The position numbers and the translations under genes were made by a program. From assembly GCA_964016885.1 (NCBI GenBank), contig OZ024743.1, forward strand, positions 115,816,001-115,880,000: DNA of 64,000 nt, given 5' to 3'. The notes under the pieces were generated by a model. The model saw only the letters and a program-made list of their open reading frames with translations. It made no database searches and had not been told where the DNA came from. The DNA comes from Eledone cirrhosa. Lineage: Eukaryota. Positions 25,262-39,426 of the stretch are shown piece by piece (positions within the stretch are counted from its first letter, which is position 1; every line of letters begins with the position of its first letter).

Positions 25262-25963
25262 GAATATATTATGGTTCGCTCCTCCTTTCTCATTAAATAT
25301 TAAAACTCCTATTGCTAAACTATTCTTTAAAGCTCTTGACTAATGCTTCCTAGAACACATAGATATTACTCAATATTTAATAGACATACTATAACATTAA
25401 CTCATTCAACCACCAATAATTTAACGCAGAATATTAATAGAATTAATAATAGAAACTTAAAACCTAACCAAAATACCACTAACAACCCCAGCAATATCCA
25501 ATTTAATAATACAGCTCCTAGTAAATTGAATTTTGATAAATGTAACTGTAGAAATAAATCTAACTGTCCGTTAAATAACAATTGTTTAGCTAAAAATATA
25601 GTATATAATTGTAATGTAAAAACAAATTTAAATTCATTTAATTATGTAGGATCTTCTTCCACAGATTCTTAATCTCGTTTTAATAACCATAAATGCTCTT
25701 TTACGAATTTAAACAAAAAATCTTCAACTTCTCTATCTAGCTTATTATGGGACCTTAAATCAAAGAACATTAAATATTATTTACTTTGGAATATTATTTC
25801 ATAAGCTCCTCCATTTATCACCTCTTCCGAAAATTGTGATCTTTGGATAGAGGAAATATTCTTTATATTAAAAAGCAAAAATTCCGTGAACCTAAGAAAC
25901 AATCTTTTCATTTGCTGCAACCATAGATTGAATTCAACGTTTAAATATAAATTTAAAATGTAA
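25262..25963 (+). pseudogene. PLE linker and GIY-YIG endonuclease fragment with stops
   Basis: WFAPPFS..IK, CNCRNKSNCPLNNNCLAKNIVY...YVGSS, RFNNHK.SF and CCNHRL are homologous to the C-terminus of the 44796-47237 ORF. Confidence 0.9.
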
Positions 25964-26922
25964 TATATAACTCATTCTATTAAATCTATTGAACCTATCG
26001 ATAAATCATTAGATTCCTTCATTTGACTGCTTAAAACTCTCCTTAAAAATGTTTTCCTTGAAAATTGTTCTAGATAAACATACTGAAGGCTCTTAAATAT
26101 GAGAGATTTTTGGAAATTATTTTTTTGGAGAGTTTCTCCTATTTTTAGAAAATTTCTCTTTTTTGAAAATTTCTCTTTCTTTGAAAATTTCTCGGATGGT
26201 TATAAAAAATTAAGTTAAGCATACTGAGAATAAAATATTATATAAAAAAAATTAAAATTCATTTTTATACTGAATTTTTTGTATATATTCTTGTATATTT
26301 TTTAAAATGATATCTTGAAATATTTTTAAAAATTATATTGTTTTAAAGTTATATTGCTTAAAATCATATGAATATATTTCCAAATTGTAATTCCTCTTAA
26401 AATTATAATCCTTTTAAAATTATAACTCATTTTTTATTTTATATTATGTACTTTATATTTATCTATATATATATATGATGTATGTCTACCTATATGTGTA
26501 TGTATCTATATATGGGTTGTGTATCTCTGTGTATATATATATGTATGGATACATGTGTCTATGTCTCTATATATGTCTATATACAATTCGAATACGCTGT
26601 TATAAAGGGTTTCTTACGGTTTATGCTAAACCAGCTTATATTATAACAGTCACAACTATATAACAGGTGGATTTATGAGATATATAAAATTTATAAAATT
26701 TATAAGATTATAACTTACTATTAAATAATATAAGGTTTTTATAATCTTAACTTTCTTTTATCATCTTAACATTTATAACATTTAATATAAGTAAATAACT
26801 TAATTTCCTTCACGCTGTATTGCTGTTACATAGAAACGATTTTTCTCCGATTTCTCCGAAAAATCTATGAATTTCCATAAGTTTAGATAAATTCATATAT
26901 GTTAAATATAAAAAAATATTTT

Positions 26923-26955
<33 letters not shown>

Positions 26956-26962
<7 letters not shown>

Positions 26963-27310
26963 CTTTCTGAAGACGGCATATATATGAGTTGGTATGTATA
27001 TTTAATTTTGATAGTTTGTATAATTTTGTATAATTTTGTACATAGATCTGTTAAATATACATGCCAATTCTAAAACATATATATCCCAGAAACGATCGTT
27101 AAATAATGAACTTTTTTTGTTTAATATAAGGAACTGTTTCATTGTTTTATTCATTATTTTTTTAATATTTTATCTTGACTCTGTATTCCGTTTATCTTTC
27201 ACCGAAAGTGATTTTTCATTGCATCTCTTCTTTCCATGATATCCGGATTACATTGAGTTCTTCATACGGATTGGACACTACCGTAAACTCTTGGTAGATT
27301 TATCTACATA
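26956..27310 (+). mobile_element. Solo pLTR of PLE family 1 nested in a (TA)n tract of the family-2 element
   Basis: High similarity to 51092-51292 and 62517-62855; contains the long-stem-II HHR; ends atttatctacata. Confidence 0.9.
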
Positions 27311-27895
27311 TATATATATATATATGTATGTGTGTGTATGTATATATATATGAATATATTCTTTTTAATAATATATAGATCTCAATAATTTAATTGATAA
27401 TTTAATTGATAAACTAAACATTTAATCAAATTTAAACATTAGATAAAATTCTCTGGTTATTATTATGTATTTATTTTCTATTCACGCTTATTTACTCTGC
27501 CTAACTCATCCAATAAATATTTATTTTTTTGGTTTCATCTTAAAATTTACGTTAATACAACAACCTGTCACTTAGGGCTTTCTCTTTCTCTTTCTCTTTC
27601 TCTTTCTCTACCTCTTTCTTTTTTTCTCTTTCTCTTTCTCTTTCTCTTTCTTTTGTTTTCTTCTTTTCCCCTTAGAGTTTGCGCTTTCTTTTCTCTTTTT
27701 CTTTCTCTTTTTCTTTTTTTCTTTTTCCATACTCCAACGGCCTATTTTAAATCTACTGTGATTTAAACATATCCGACACTAATTTGCATAATAGACTAAA
27801 TAAATTTAATAACCCCACTATCCGGGAGCTTCCAACAGAAATGGTCGCATTCTTTAAGGCTTGACTATATTTATTTATAAAACTTATCTACATTA

Positions 27896-27960
27896 TATTT
27901 TATCTGATGAAAGCGCACCATAATTTGACTTGGTGTCCTTGAAATATGTATAATGAAATA
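27896..27960 (+). ncRNA. Type I hammerhead ribozyme of PLE family 2 (inverted copy at ~25079-25143)
   Basis: tattttat-CTGATGA-aag cgcacca...tggtgt c ctt-GAAA-tatgta-TA-atgaaata. Confidence 0.75.
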
Positions 27961-28095
27961 TAGAAATATATATTTTATAAATATAGTTTCTATTTGTTAA
28001 TATATCGTATTTTTACTCCAATAGTTTGTTGAGTGCTTTATATCATTTATAAAAATATTTGCTTGTTGTATCCCAACAATTTAAATATAACTTCT

Positions 28096-29610
<1,515 letters not shown>

Positions 29611-29635
29611 TATATATATTTATATATATATATAT

Positions 29636-30380
29636 AAGACGTAAAGACGTAAAATAAGAAAATTATAAAATTATCTTACTTAAATTTTAGTATGTAAGTT
29701 ACTTTTTATAATTTTCTTATTTTACGTCTTTCATATAATTGTTCTGCATCCCCTTGCATTGAATCACAAAGTTACTAAGACAAAACCTATATATTTGCTT
29801 GCATAGGTATGCATCTGTATATATTTGTTGCTAGATATACTAATCCTTTATAATTATCTCCAAATTATTTTGTTGAGCAAAAATTTGCCAAAACTGCTAC
29901 TATAGTTCATAGTAATAGCCTGGCTACTGTCGTTTTAACACCACACTCCTCACTGATTAACCTCGATGTCACGTGATTTATTCTTTTGTATTTGCCTCCG
30001 ACCAAGTAGGCAGTGATTTTTTCAATATGTTGGAATTTAGTCCACGCTTGCTTTTTTCCATCCACTGAATTATTTTTGTATAAGTTCCCTGTGTCCACGC
30101 ATCACCTGGGATCTTAGCTGAGAATGACTTCCTGATGACAAAATGGTTTCTCCATGCTTTCCATTAGTTAACCATGTTTATTCCCTTTCAGAAACTAATT
30201 AGTTGGAGTGAAGTTTTAGTATGTAAGTTAATTTTAAAATTTTCTTATTTTGCGTCTTTCATATAATTGTTCTGCATCCCCTTGCATTGAACCACAACGT
30301 TACTAAGACAGAACCAATATATTTGTTAGCATAGCTATGCATCTTTATATATATGTTGGTAAATATACTAATTCTTTATA
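29636..30380 (+). mobile_element. Retrozyme-like element, 529-nt period, short 5' inversion, one hammerhead
   Basis: IR at 29643-29670/29704-29731; direct repeat at 29685-29850/30214-30380; HHR at 30127-30209. Confidence 0.75.
30127..30209 (+). ncRNA. Type I hammerhead-like motif
   Basis: acttc-CTGATGA-(irregular stem II with atggtt/aaccat)-GAAA-ctaattag-TT-ggagt; palindromic ACTAATTAGT stem III. Confidence 0.65.
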
Positions 30381-30381
30381 T

Positions 30382-30501
<120 letters not shown>

Positions 30502-30631
30502 AATATATATATAATATAATATATAATATATATAATACATATAAGGGGGCTGGCGAATATGGCAGATTCGTTAGACCTTCGGATAGAATAATTTATGGTA
30601 TATATATACGCATGGACATTCATACATGGGA

Positions 30632-30686
<55 letters not shown>

Positions 30687-31169
30687 GAATATACGTGTGG
30701 TCGAGTGTATATGTCTATATATTTGTGAAAGTATAGAAAAATTTAATATTGTTTTCGACATCAATCATTTTCCTCGTCATCTTTGGCACCAGTATTCTAA
30801 TCAACGCCACCTACATCTCTATCTTTACCACAACCACCATCATCAAACTAATAATCATTATCATCATCATCTAACTGCATTGACTCATGGGGTTGATTCA
30901 ATGACTTATAAATATATTTGTATCTGATTCGTTTGGTTTTTCCGTTTGTTGGTTTTTTTTATTTCTGATAAATTATGAAATCAATAATATTTCAAGTAGA
31001 TGTTTAAGAATGCAGTATTCTAGTGCACTGATATCAGCAATCATAATGGAAAAAATCCTAGGCTGTCTTTCTACGTGGCCTTTTAACATCATGAAATATA
31101 TATTTATATACATGTATGTGTATATGAATATATATATAATATATATTATATATTTAGACACACACATTA

Positions 31170-31240
<71 letters not shown>

Positions 31241-31359
31241 CTGTTACACACGTATTCACATGCAGACCCCTACATATACTCATATATCACCTGTACACCT
31301 ACACACATGGGCACCTTCATAGACATACCTACACACACATACCTATATACACAAATATA

Positions 31360-31399
<40 letters not shown>

Positions 31400-31435
31400 A
31401 ACACACAAACTCATATACCTATGCCCATAGATGCT

Positions 31436-31489
<54 letters not shown>

Positions 31490-31565
31490 TAAATATACAT
31501 ATATATATATATAAACTTATATATATATACGGACACGCACGTATATATATATATATATATACACG

Positions 31566-31623
<58 letters not shown>

Positions 31624-31624
31624 T

Positions 31625-32255
31625 ATACCTATGATGGCTAGTAGATCACTGATGATGGATAGTCCTATTTCTAATTCTTCATTTTAAATTGTATATCACA
31701 TATGCAACAACACAGCAGCCATTTTTCATTCCTATATGCTTTCCCTTCGCTGTGACCTGTCTTTTTATCTTCCCTTACTGCTATCCTCTTTCTCTCTCCC
31801 CCTTCCCTCTCCTTCTCCCCCTTACTTTCATTCACCCACTTTGCTAGTCACCCTCTCTCGGCTAGACTCTTACTCACACATTCACTCATTCTCTGCTAAT
31901 GACCCTCTCTCTCACTTCCTCCATCGTCCGACACCGTGTGTAATTCTTTCCTTGCATACTTTCGCATGGTAACGATGTGTCTCTCGTCTTCTCGTCAATA
32001 TTCGCAAGTTCTTATGTTCAAATGAATCATTAACTTGATTTTCACATTTTTTCTTCTCTTTATGTTGCCGCACCATTCATGTTTGTTTACCTGTCTCTCT
32101 TTCTCCAGCCAATTCTTTTTATCCCAATAACTTATTATAGTTATTGTTCGCGCTAGCCTGAGGTATCTGGTCTTTAATGAAAAGAAATACCTATGATGGC
32201 TAGTAGATCACTGATGATGGATAGTTCTATTTCTATTTCTTCATTTTAATTTGTG
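31625..32255 (+). mobile_element. Non-coding element with ~67-bp terminal direct repeats (562-nt period), pLTR-like
   Basis: atacctatgatggctagtagatcactgatgatggatagt...ttcttcattttaa at 31625 and 32187; (TA)n flanks. Confidence 0.55.
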
Positions 32256-32284
32256 TATATATATATATATATATGTGTGTGTGG

Positions 32285-33316
32285 GGGAAAGTTAAAAACA
32301 AGAACACAGGACTTAAAGTTACGAAAGGTATTAGGTTCGATGTTTCGAGTATAAGCACTTTATCAGGAGAGTTGTAGGAAGGAGAAGGGGCAAGAAGTGG
32401 AAAAAATAAGAATAAAAATAAAAATAACACATGAGTTGGAAAATAAAAGTTAAAAACAACTGGGGAAAAGATGTGAGGCGTGTAGAGGTGGTGGGCTGGA
32501 TGGAAGAGGTGGGAGGGGAGAGAAGGAAAAGGGGGCCTGAGCGGGGAGGGCGGAAGCTATGTGTGTGTGTGGGGGGGGGGGGTATGTAGAGGTGTGGGGG
32601 TGGGGTGTAGAGGTGTGGGTGTGGGGGTATGTGTGTGTAGGTGTACGCGTGTATGCGTGGAATTAAGCGTGAGCGTCTGAGGAAAATTGAGGTTGCATGC
32701 TTTGGGTTTGGAAAACCATTGTGTACGTTGGGGTGGAGAGTAGGCCTGTCTGTGTGTGTACATGTGGATAAGGGTCGGATAGAGCGTGCGGAATCCGGAG
32801 GCAGAGTAGGTGTATCTGAGGATACACACGTGTGCGTGTGTGTTTATGTAAGGTGTAGATGCGTGGTAATTTATAGTTGCATGTGTGCGAAAATGGTGTA
32901 AGTGTTTGTGTGTGGTTGTGTTCCTGAATGGTTTTCCTGTGTGTGTAGAAGGATGGTAGTAATCTTAGTAGATATCGGAATGTGTGACCAGAGTGATAGG
33001 GTCCGTGTAATTGGTGAGGGGGAAGTAGAAATCTGTGGGGCGCGCGCAACATGAAGTGATCAACATGGTCATGACAAGGGGTGGAGATGGCAGGGCGAAG
33101 TGAGAGAGGGAGAGGAGATAGCAGTCAAGAGCGTAGGGAACAGTCAGGTGAGTAGTAGTTGGCGGGTGTGGCCTTTATGTGTGGGTGGAAAGTGTGTCTG
33201 TGTCTGCGGAGGTGCGGTGGACTGGAGAGGAGGGTGGGTCAGAGTGAAAAGTTGAAGAAGAGGGTGATGGTGTGTGTGTAGGGGGTTGTGTGTATATTAA
33301 TGGAGGTGATAGTAGG

Positions 33317-33356
<40 letters not shown>

Positions 33357-33840
33357 AGATGGTGTTGGTAGTACGGGGGAAGGAGAGAGAGAAGGTGCTG
33401 GGTACTGTGTGAGTGAGTGTATATATATATTGTTGTGTGTGTGTGCGTGTTTTGGGTATGAGTGCATGAGAGTGGTATAGTGGGTGTTGGTATTATTAGA
33501 GGTGGGGTGGTCGAATATGGGTGTATGGTGTCTGTGAGTGTGTGCGTTGTGAGGGGGAAGATCGGTTGGGGGGTGTTTCGTATTATTTCTGGTGGGGTGG
33601 TCGAATGTGGATGTGAGGGGGGAGGTTAGTGGTGGTAGTGGGGTGTGTGAATAGTGTGAATGAGTGTATGTATATACTGGTGTGTGTGCGTGTTGAGGGT
33701 GTGGGTGCGTGCGTGAGAGCAGGAGGGAGGGTACGGGGGTATTGGAGGGCTAAAGGAAGAGGGGTGGGCAGTGCAATGCGGGTGGTCTGTAGTGTGAAGA
33801 TGGTGCGTTGTTCGGCCCTAAATCGGGGTCCCATGCCACT
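32285..33840 (-). mobile_element. Decayed PLE-like 3' region with CA/C-rich low-complexity tract and degenerate HHR
   Basis: The minus strand at ~32337-32369 reads tc-CTGATAA-agtgcttatactc-GAAA-ca-TC-ga; strong strand skew. Confidence 0.4.
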
Positions 33841-33843
33841 CAT

Positions 33844-36106
33844 GCAGTAGTGATATGCGCTATAAGCATACAGCCCCCTAACCAGATCGACAAGACGATA
33901 GTAAGTAGATTCCTCACTTGAAGGCAACTACTGGCTCTGACCACCTTCAGGTCTTAAACCTTTCTCTCTACATCTTAGCCCCATTGATTGTGTCTACCAT
34001 TATTATATTCCTGTATTGAATACATTTCGTAACACCTGATGATGTCGCCGGGTTCCTCCAGAAACCGGTCATGAAATGTGCATAGTATTTATAACAAATC
34101 TTTAAGGAATTTCACCAGTCCAGACTCCTGTCATTTTACTCAATAATAATCAACTCGGTTCTCGCACCACCAACAAGATTGAACGAGTGCTTTTCCTATT
34201 ATTACATCACGGTTGACTATATGGAATGATCAGTTCTATCCAGTGGTGAACCAACTAAATGAATAATGCTCCTTGTATAGTTGAACGCTTTGTGATGTGG
34301 TAGAGAACAGGGGCTCTGGCACCAGCATACACCTAATACAAACATGGGACTAACTGAACCCCATTCTGATTTTGGATGCAGTAGGCTATGTCTACCTCAC
34401 TACCTGGAGGACCGCACCATGCTACAACCCTATCAGGAACATTCAAACTCAGTCAGACTTCACAAATTCTTCGATCACCCAACACATTCTACTATACCTT
34501 GTATTGCATTAACTGAATTATATATCCTATATTTCATAGTTTTTATGTTTCACATAAATACTTATTACTCGAACCTACATTACGTATCACCTGATACCAC
34601 CTTTACTCTTCTATCCTCTATATTTATAACCATGTATTTTCCAACCATTTTATCTATTGTCTATTGTTTATTTGTTACACCTCAATTTGTATTTTATTTC
34701 TTCTGTATTTTGATTTCTTCGAAATTTTCTTAATTACTTCCCTTTTTACTCTCATGATTGCCACTCTGGGTATGACTGCATTTTATTTTCCTTATATACA
34801 TATCTATCTACTCTTATGTTGCCTAAAATTTTTACACGACACTAGAATATTACTTTCTATACCTTTTATATCAGGTTTTTTTTTTAATTACTCCCTCCCT
34901 ACCCACTCAGGAATCATTTAGCATAAGATTTAGTCCCCATTTTGTAATGATTACATTGAGATATTAGTACATGTTGGTGTTAGGGTATATATCTATATCT
35001 CATCTGCATTTATTGCGGTGTGGGATGGGATTGTATCCATTATAAATTCAAATCTCGACCGCACATGGAACCCGGGTTAACTTGTGATTGAGTATAGTTT
35101 CTTTACTATTTCATCACATTTAGCTACTTTCAAACTTTACACCACTGGTGTGTTTAACTAATAATCGTTTGGTTTACACTCGTTGATTAGCTGGTTGTGA
35201 CGGCCTTCCCGCTTGCACCCCCAGGGCTTGAGTCTGTCAACCTTCCTAGATTGCTTGGAAAAATAAATTTCCACTTCTTTTGTTAGACGAAAATACTCGG
35301 AACGGCTATTACGGCCTTGGGTCCTGGGCACATCGGGAATCCGCCGTGTCACTGGTTATTAGCCACCAAACAGTACTCTTACATTTTAAGCTTACATTTT
35401 ACATGTTTAAATTTTGATCTTAACTTTAAATTCTACCCTAAAACATTATTACGACTGACTACCAAAGATATATTTAATTTATACATAAATCCTTCCCTCT
35501 ACAAATTGTTTAACTACATCTCTCAATTTTAAACCTAAACTTTACATTTTTTATCTTTAATCTTATTTTAGATTATATCTTTCAATTCTAAACCTAAATT
35601 TTACATTACTAATCTTTAATCATAATTTCTAACTCTACATTAAAACCTTTTGGCTTCTAGTTCTGACTGTACACCCGTTCACTATATATTTTAGTATTCT
35701 TTAGTAATTTTGACTAACGCCAACGAAAATATATTTTCTTCTATGTAACCTCATCTCATTCACCACTAGCATGTGTCCATACACGGTAGTAGTAATATGC
35801 ACTATAAGCATACGGCACCCTGACCAGACCGACGAGATGAAAATAAGTAGATTCCTCACTTGAAGGCGGTCGTCTGGACTGGCAACTGGTAGCTTTGGCC
35901 GCCTTCAGGTTTTAAACATTTCTCTCTACTTTTCAGCCCCTTGGATTGTGTCTACCATTATTATATTCCTTTATTGGATACATTTCAGAACCTGATGATG
36001 TCAACCTGCAGAACCCGGTCATGAAATGTGGATATTGGATATAATAAATTTTTAAGGAATTTCACCAGTCCAGCCTCCGCAGCCTTCTGTAATTTTACTC
36101 AATAAT
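33844..36106 (+). mobile_element. Element bounded by diverged ~300-bp direct repeats (pLTR-like)
   Basis: 33844-34148 vs 35786-36106; both keep an acttgaagg/ccttcaggt hairpin and CTGATGA...GAAA; the element ends in (TA)n/(GATA)n. Confidence 0.6.
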
Positions 36107-36134
36107 ATATAAATATATATATATATATATGTAT

Positions 36135-36154
36135 AGATAGATGGATAGATAGAC

Positions 36155-36211
<57 letters not shown>

Positions 36212-36238
36212 TAGATAGATAGATATAGACAGATAGAT
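36135..36238. repeat. (GATA)n microsatellite
   Basis: Direct reading. Confidence 0.95.
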
Positions 36239-36488
36239 GAGTTGCCCACCGCCAATAACATCGGCATAGGATAGACCAATTGAACACATTTCCTTGTTCT
36301 TATCTAACGATCGTTTTCTTTTTTACTCACACTCACACACACACGTATATATATACAAACATATATATCCATCTGAAGAAATCACATAAATAACCATGTA
36401 ACAGAAATATATATCATGCAATAACCAATTATGGTCTTAAGTCTTAACTACTCTTATTTGATATATGTGTGTGTATATATATATATAT

Positions 36489-36528
<40 letters not shown>

Positions 36529-37194
36529 CACGTGGTGGATAGAGTGTTATGGAATCGCTCCCGTAAGTTTTTGATTTTTTACGTATTTAAAACAATCGTG
36601 ATAGAATAATTCCTATTACAAATGGAACATAAGATACCAGTCTTAATCTCAGGAAGTGGCAACGCATCCCATTATGGCATAGGGCTCCAATATTTAATAT
36701 TTAATTTTGTATCAGAAATTTTATAGTCAAAAAAGAAAAATGGCTACAGACAATAGGCAAATAATTTCACCACCAACACCACCGCCACCACCATCACCAT
36801 CACCACTACCACAAACAATCTAACCAGCCAAACAAACAAACCAAAACCAACGGCTACCTCAACACCATCACTACAGTACTACTATCACATCACCACTACC
36901 AACTCTGCATCATCACCGCTACCGCCACTATTCTCTCACTACCTCCTGTTGAGAGAGAGGGGGGTGGTAGTAGTCCCACTAAACATGAATAGAAGCGAGG
37001 AAGGTATCAAAAGATATAAATGGACTTATTTGGTGACCCAGTCAAACAGATAACAGCAACAACAACAACACCAAAAACATTATTGTTGTTGTACCTCTAT
37101 AACTCTCTCAAAATGTTTAGTTTAAACGGTGTCAAATCTAAACTATAATATAATAATATTAATTGTTTCTACTTTTTTGTCGCATGGCCAGCAA

Positions 37195-37843
37195 TTACCC
37201 ACTACATTGCAGAGAGATTATCCGAGTGTAAACACCTAGCCCAGACTCACTATAAGGGCTGGAGACATTATGTGATGGGCAGGGTGATCCACTGGCACCT
37301 ATACAAAGTAAACAATTTACCACATTCTGAAGTGGTATGAGCATAAGCCAGAGTCGGTGATAGAAAATGATCAGCTGAAGGTGCTGTGGGATTTTAGGAT
37401 ACAGACGGACAAGAAACTGGAACACAATAGACCTGACCTGGCGGTTTTGGACAATGAAAAAAGATCGTCCCTGATTGTGGATGTGGCCTGCACATTCGAC
37501 ACGAGAGTGCAAGGGAAGGAGAGGGAGAAAATTAACCGATACAAGGACTTAAAGTAGGAGGTAAAAAGGATTTGGAGCTGCCATGAAGTCAAAGTGGTCC
37601 CGATTGTAATAGGCGCACCAGGTACTATCTCAAGGAGTTTCCAGGGATGGTTAAAGAAGATTAGTGCAGCCCCGCTTTTTGGAACACTTCAAAAGGCATG
37701 CTTGCTGGGAACAGCAAGAACCCTCCGATACGTCCTGAATATCTGAGGCTGCAGGTAGCAGCTGGATATTCATTTCAACAAACTTTCCAGTTAAATAACA
37801 TCAATGACTGAGACCCAAAGAACAAAAATAATAATAATAATAA
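37195..37843 (+). mobile_element. 3' fragment of an R4/Dong-clade non-LTR element (RLE domain) with (TAA)n tail
   Basis: KWYEHKPESVIEND..KVLWDFRIQTDKKLEHNRPDL...IVDVAC...EREKINRYKDL..VVPIVIGA.G...LQKACLLGTA; (TAA)n at ~37828-37843. Confidence 0.9.
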
Positions 37844-38303
37844 TCGTCCTTATAACATAATTTTTCTTCATTAAAATATCGGACCACATGTGTAAATAAG
37901 AAACTGAATATCAGCCGCACCACTACTCAGAATTTTAAATCAAAACAAAAAGAAAAACAATATATGTAAGTAACAGACACTATTGATTATATTACACATA
38001 CATGTATTATAAACACAACGAAAAATGTACACAAAACAAACATGCAGATATACAGACGTTCGCTCTTTGAACTTTAAAAAAAAAACTATTTTAAGAAGAG
38101 AAACAGTCGGAGATCGGACGACACACGTTGCTTATTTCGAGGAGTAAGTTTTGTTTAATTTGGTATTCCCAAACATGAAAACACGACAAATTATTTCACC
38201 ACTTATCTCTACAAATAATCTGACACTAATTGTGAGAACTGCATAAATATTTTTATATATTTACCCATTACAATCGCTGTTTACATATTATTATTTGAAG
38301 TAA

Positions 38304-38692
38304 TTGGCAGTATCGGTAGAGGGTCGGACGCCATGTTTTGACGTATAGAGTTACGGCCCTTGCCATTCTGAGTTCAAATCCCGCAGAGGTTAACTTTGCC
38401 TTTCATCCTTATGGGGTCGATAAAATAAAGTACCAGTAATCTACTGTGTAATTGCTGGCCTTGTGCCAAAAGTAGGAACAATTATTTGAAGTAAAGGGCG
38501 ATGGATTGGCAGTATCGGTAGAGGATCGGACACCATTCTTTGACGCATAGAGTTATGGCCCTTGCCATTCTGAGTTCAAATCCCGCCGAGGTTAACTTTG
38601 CCTTTCATCCTTTCGGAGTCGATAAAATAAAGTACCAGTAATGCACTGAGATAATTGCTGGCCTTGTGCCAAAACTAGAAACAATTATTTGA
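38304..38692 (+). mobile_element. Two tandem SINE copies
   Basis: Copies at 38304-38480 and 38497-38684; the target attatttgaag is present three times (38290, 38481, 38684). Confidence 0.9.
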
Positions 38693-39426
38693 AGAAAAGA
38701 AACAGACATAGATCGGAAAACACACTGTTTATTTTTGGGGATAAGTTCTGTTTAATCAAAAATCCGACTAATTATTATGCATCATCACTGTGGCTGAAGA
38801 TGTGAAGGATGCATATATATTTTTAAATATCTCCCCAATACAATTTTCTTTTTTTACATTTTGGTCGATTGTGGCTAAATTTCAGATTTTAAAAGGAAAA
38901 TGGACAGTTGAAAGATCACTTCTCTCTCTCACCACCACATTTTCAACCACATCCTCACACATTCACACCAGTGAATCACCAATCTATTTTAGATTACTGT
39001 CACTGACTGTTCAGTGTCTAATGTGTGGGTATATATATATATATATATGTGTGTGTGTATATACATACGTGTGTATAAGTATGCACGTGTGAGTGTATAT
39101 TTATGTATGTGTATGGAGTCCACATAGTGTACAAAACAAAGGGGAAGAAAAAAAGAATACTAGCACCCCATGTTCACCTCAAATTCGAAATAAAAAGAAA
39201 ATAACACTGGAGAAGCAACTCCTATAAGCTACAATGTCACCCTACCCACTACCACTCCAGCACCCCCACCCGCAGCATTAATCTCCCTGCCACAACCACC
39301 AACACCACTCACACCACAAGAACAGTTGAGAACATTCTCGTACACCTCTTACAACTGCAACCATAACAATATCACCTCAATCAACAACAGCAATGACCAT
39401 AACTATACTGTTATAATAATAACAAT

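Larger units (their letters stand above)
25034..28095 (+). mobile_element. Second PLE family: 5'-truncated decayed copy with inverted pLTR
   Basis: IR at 25034-25260/27780-28010; GIY-YIG fragment at 25262-25963; HHR at 27896-27960; flanked by TA/CA repeats. Confidence 0.85.

Noticed and set aside
32153-32203. SECIS element / selenoprotein-encoding PLE
   Set aside because: The K-turn polarity is opposite to SECIS, and the intact PLE ORF has no in-frame TGA.
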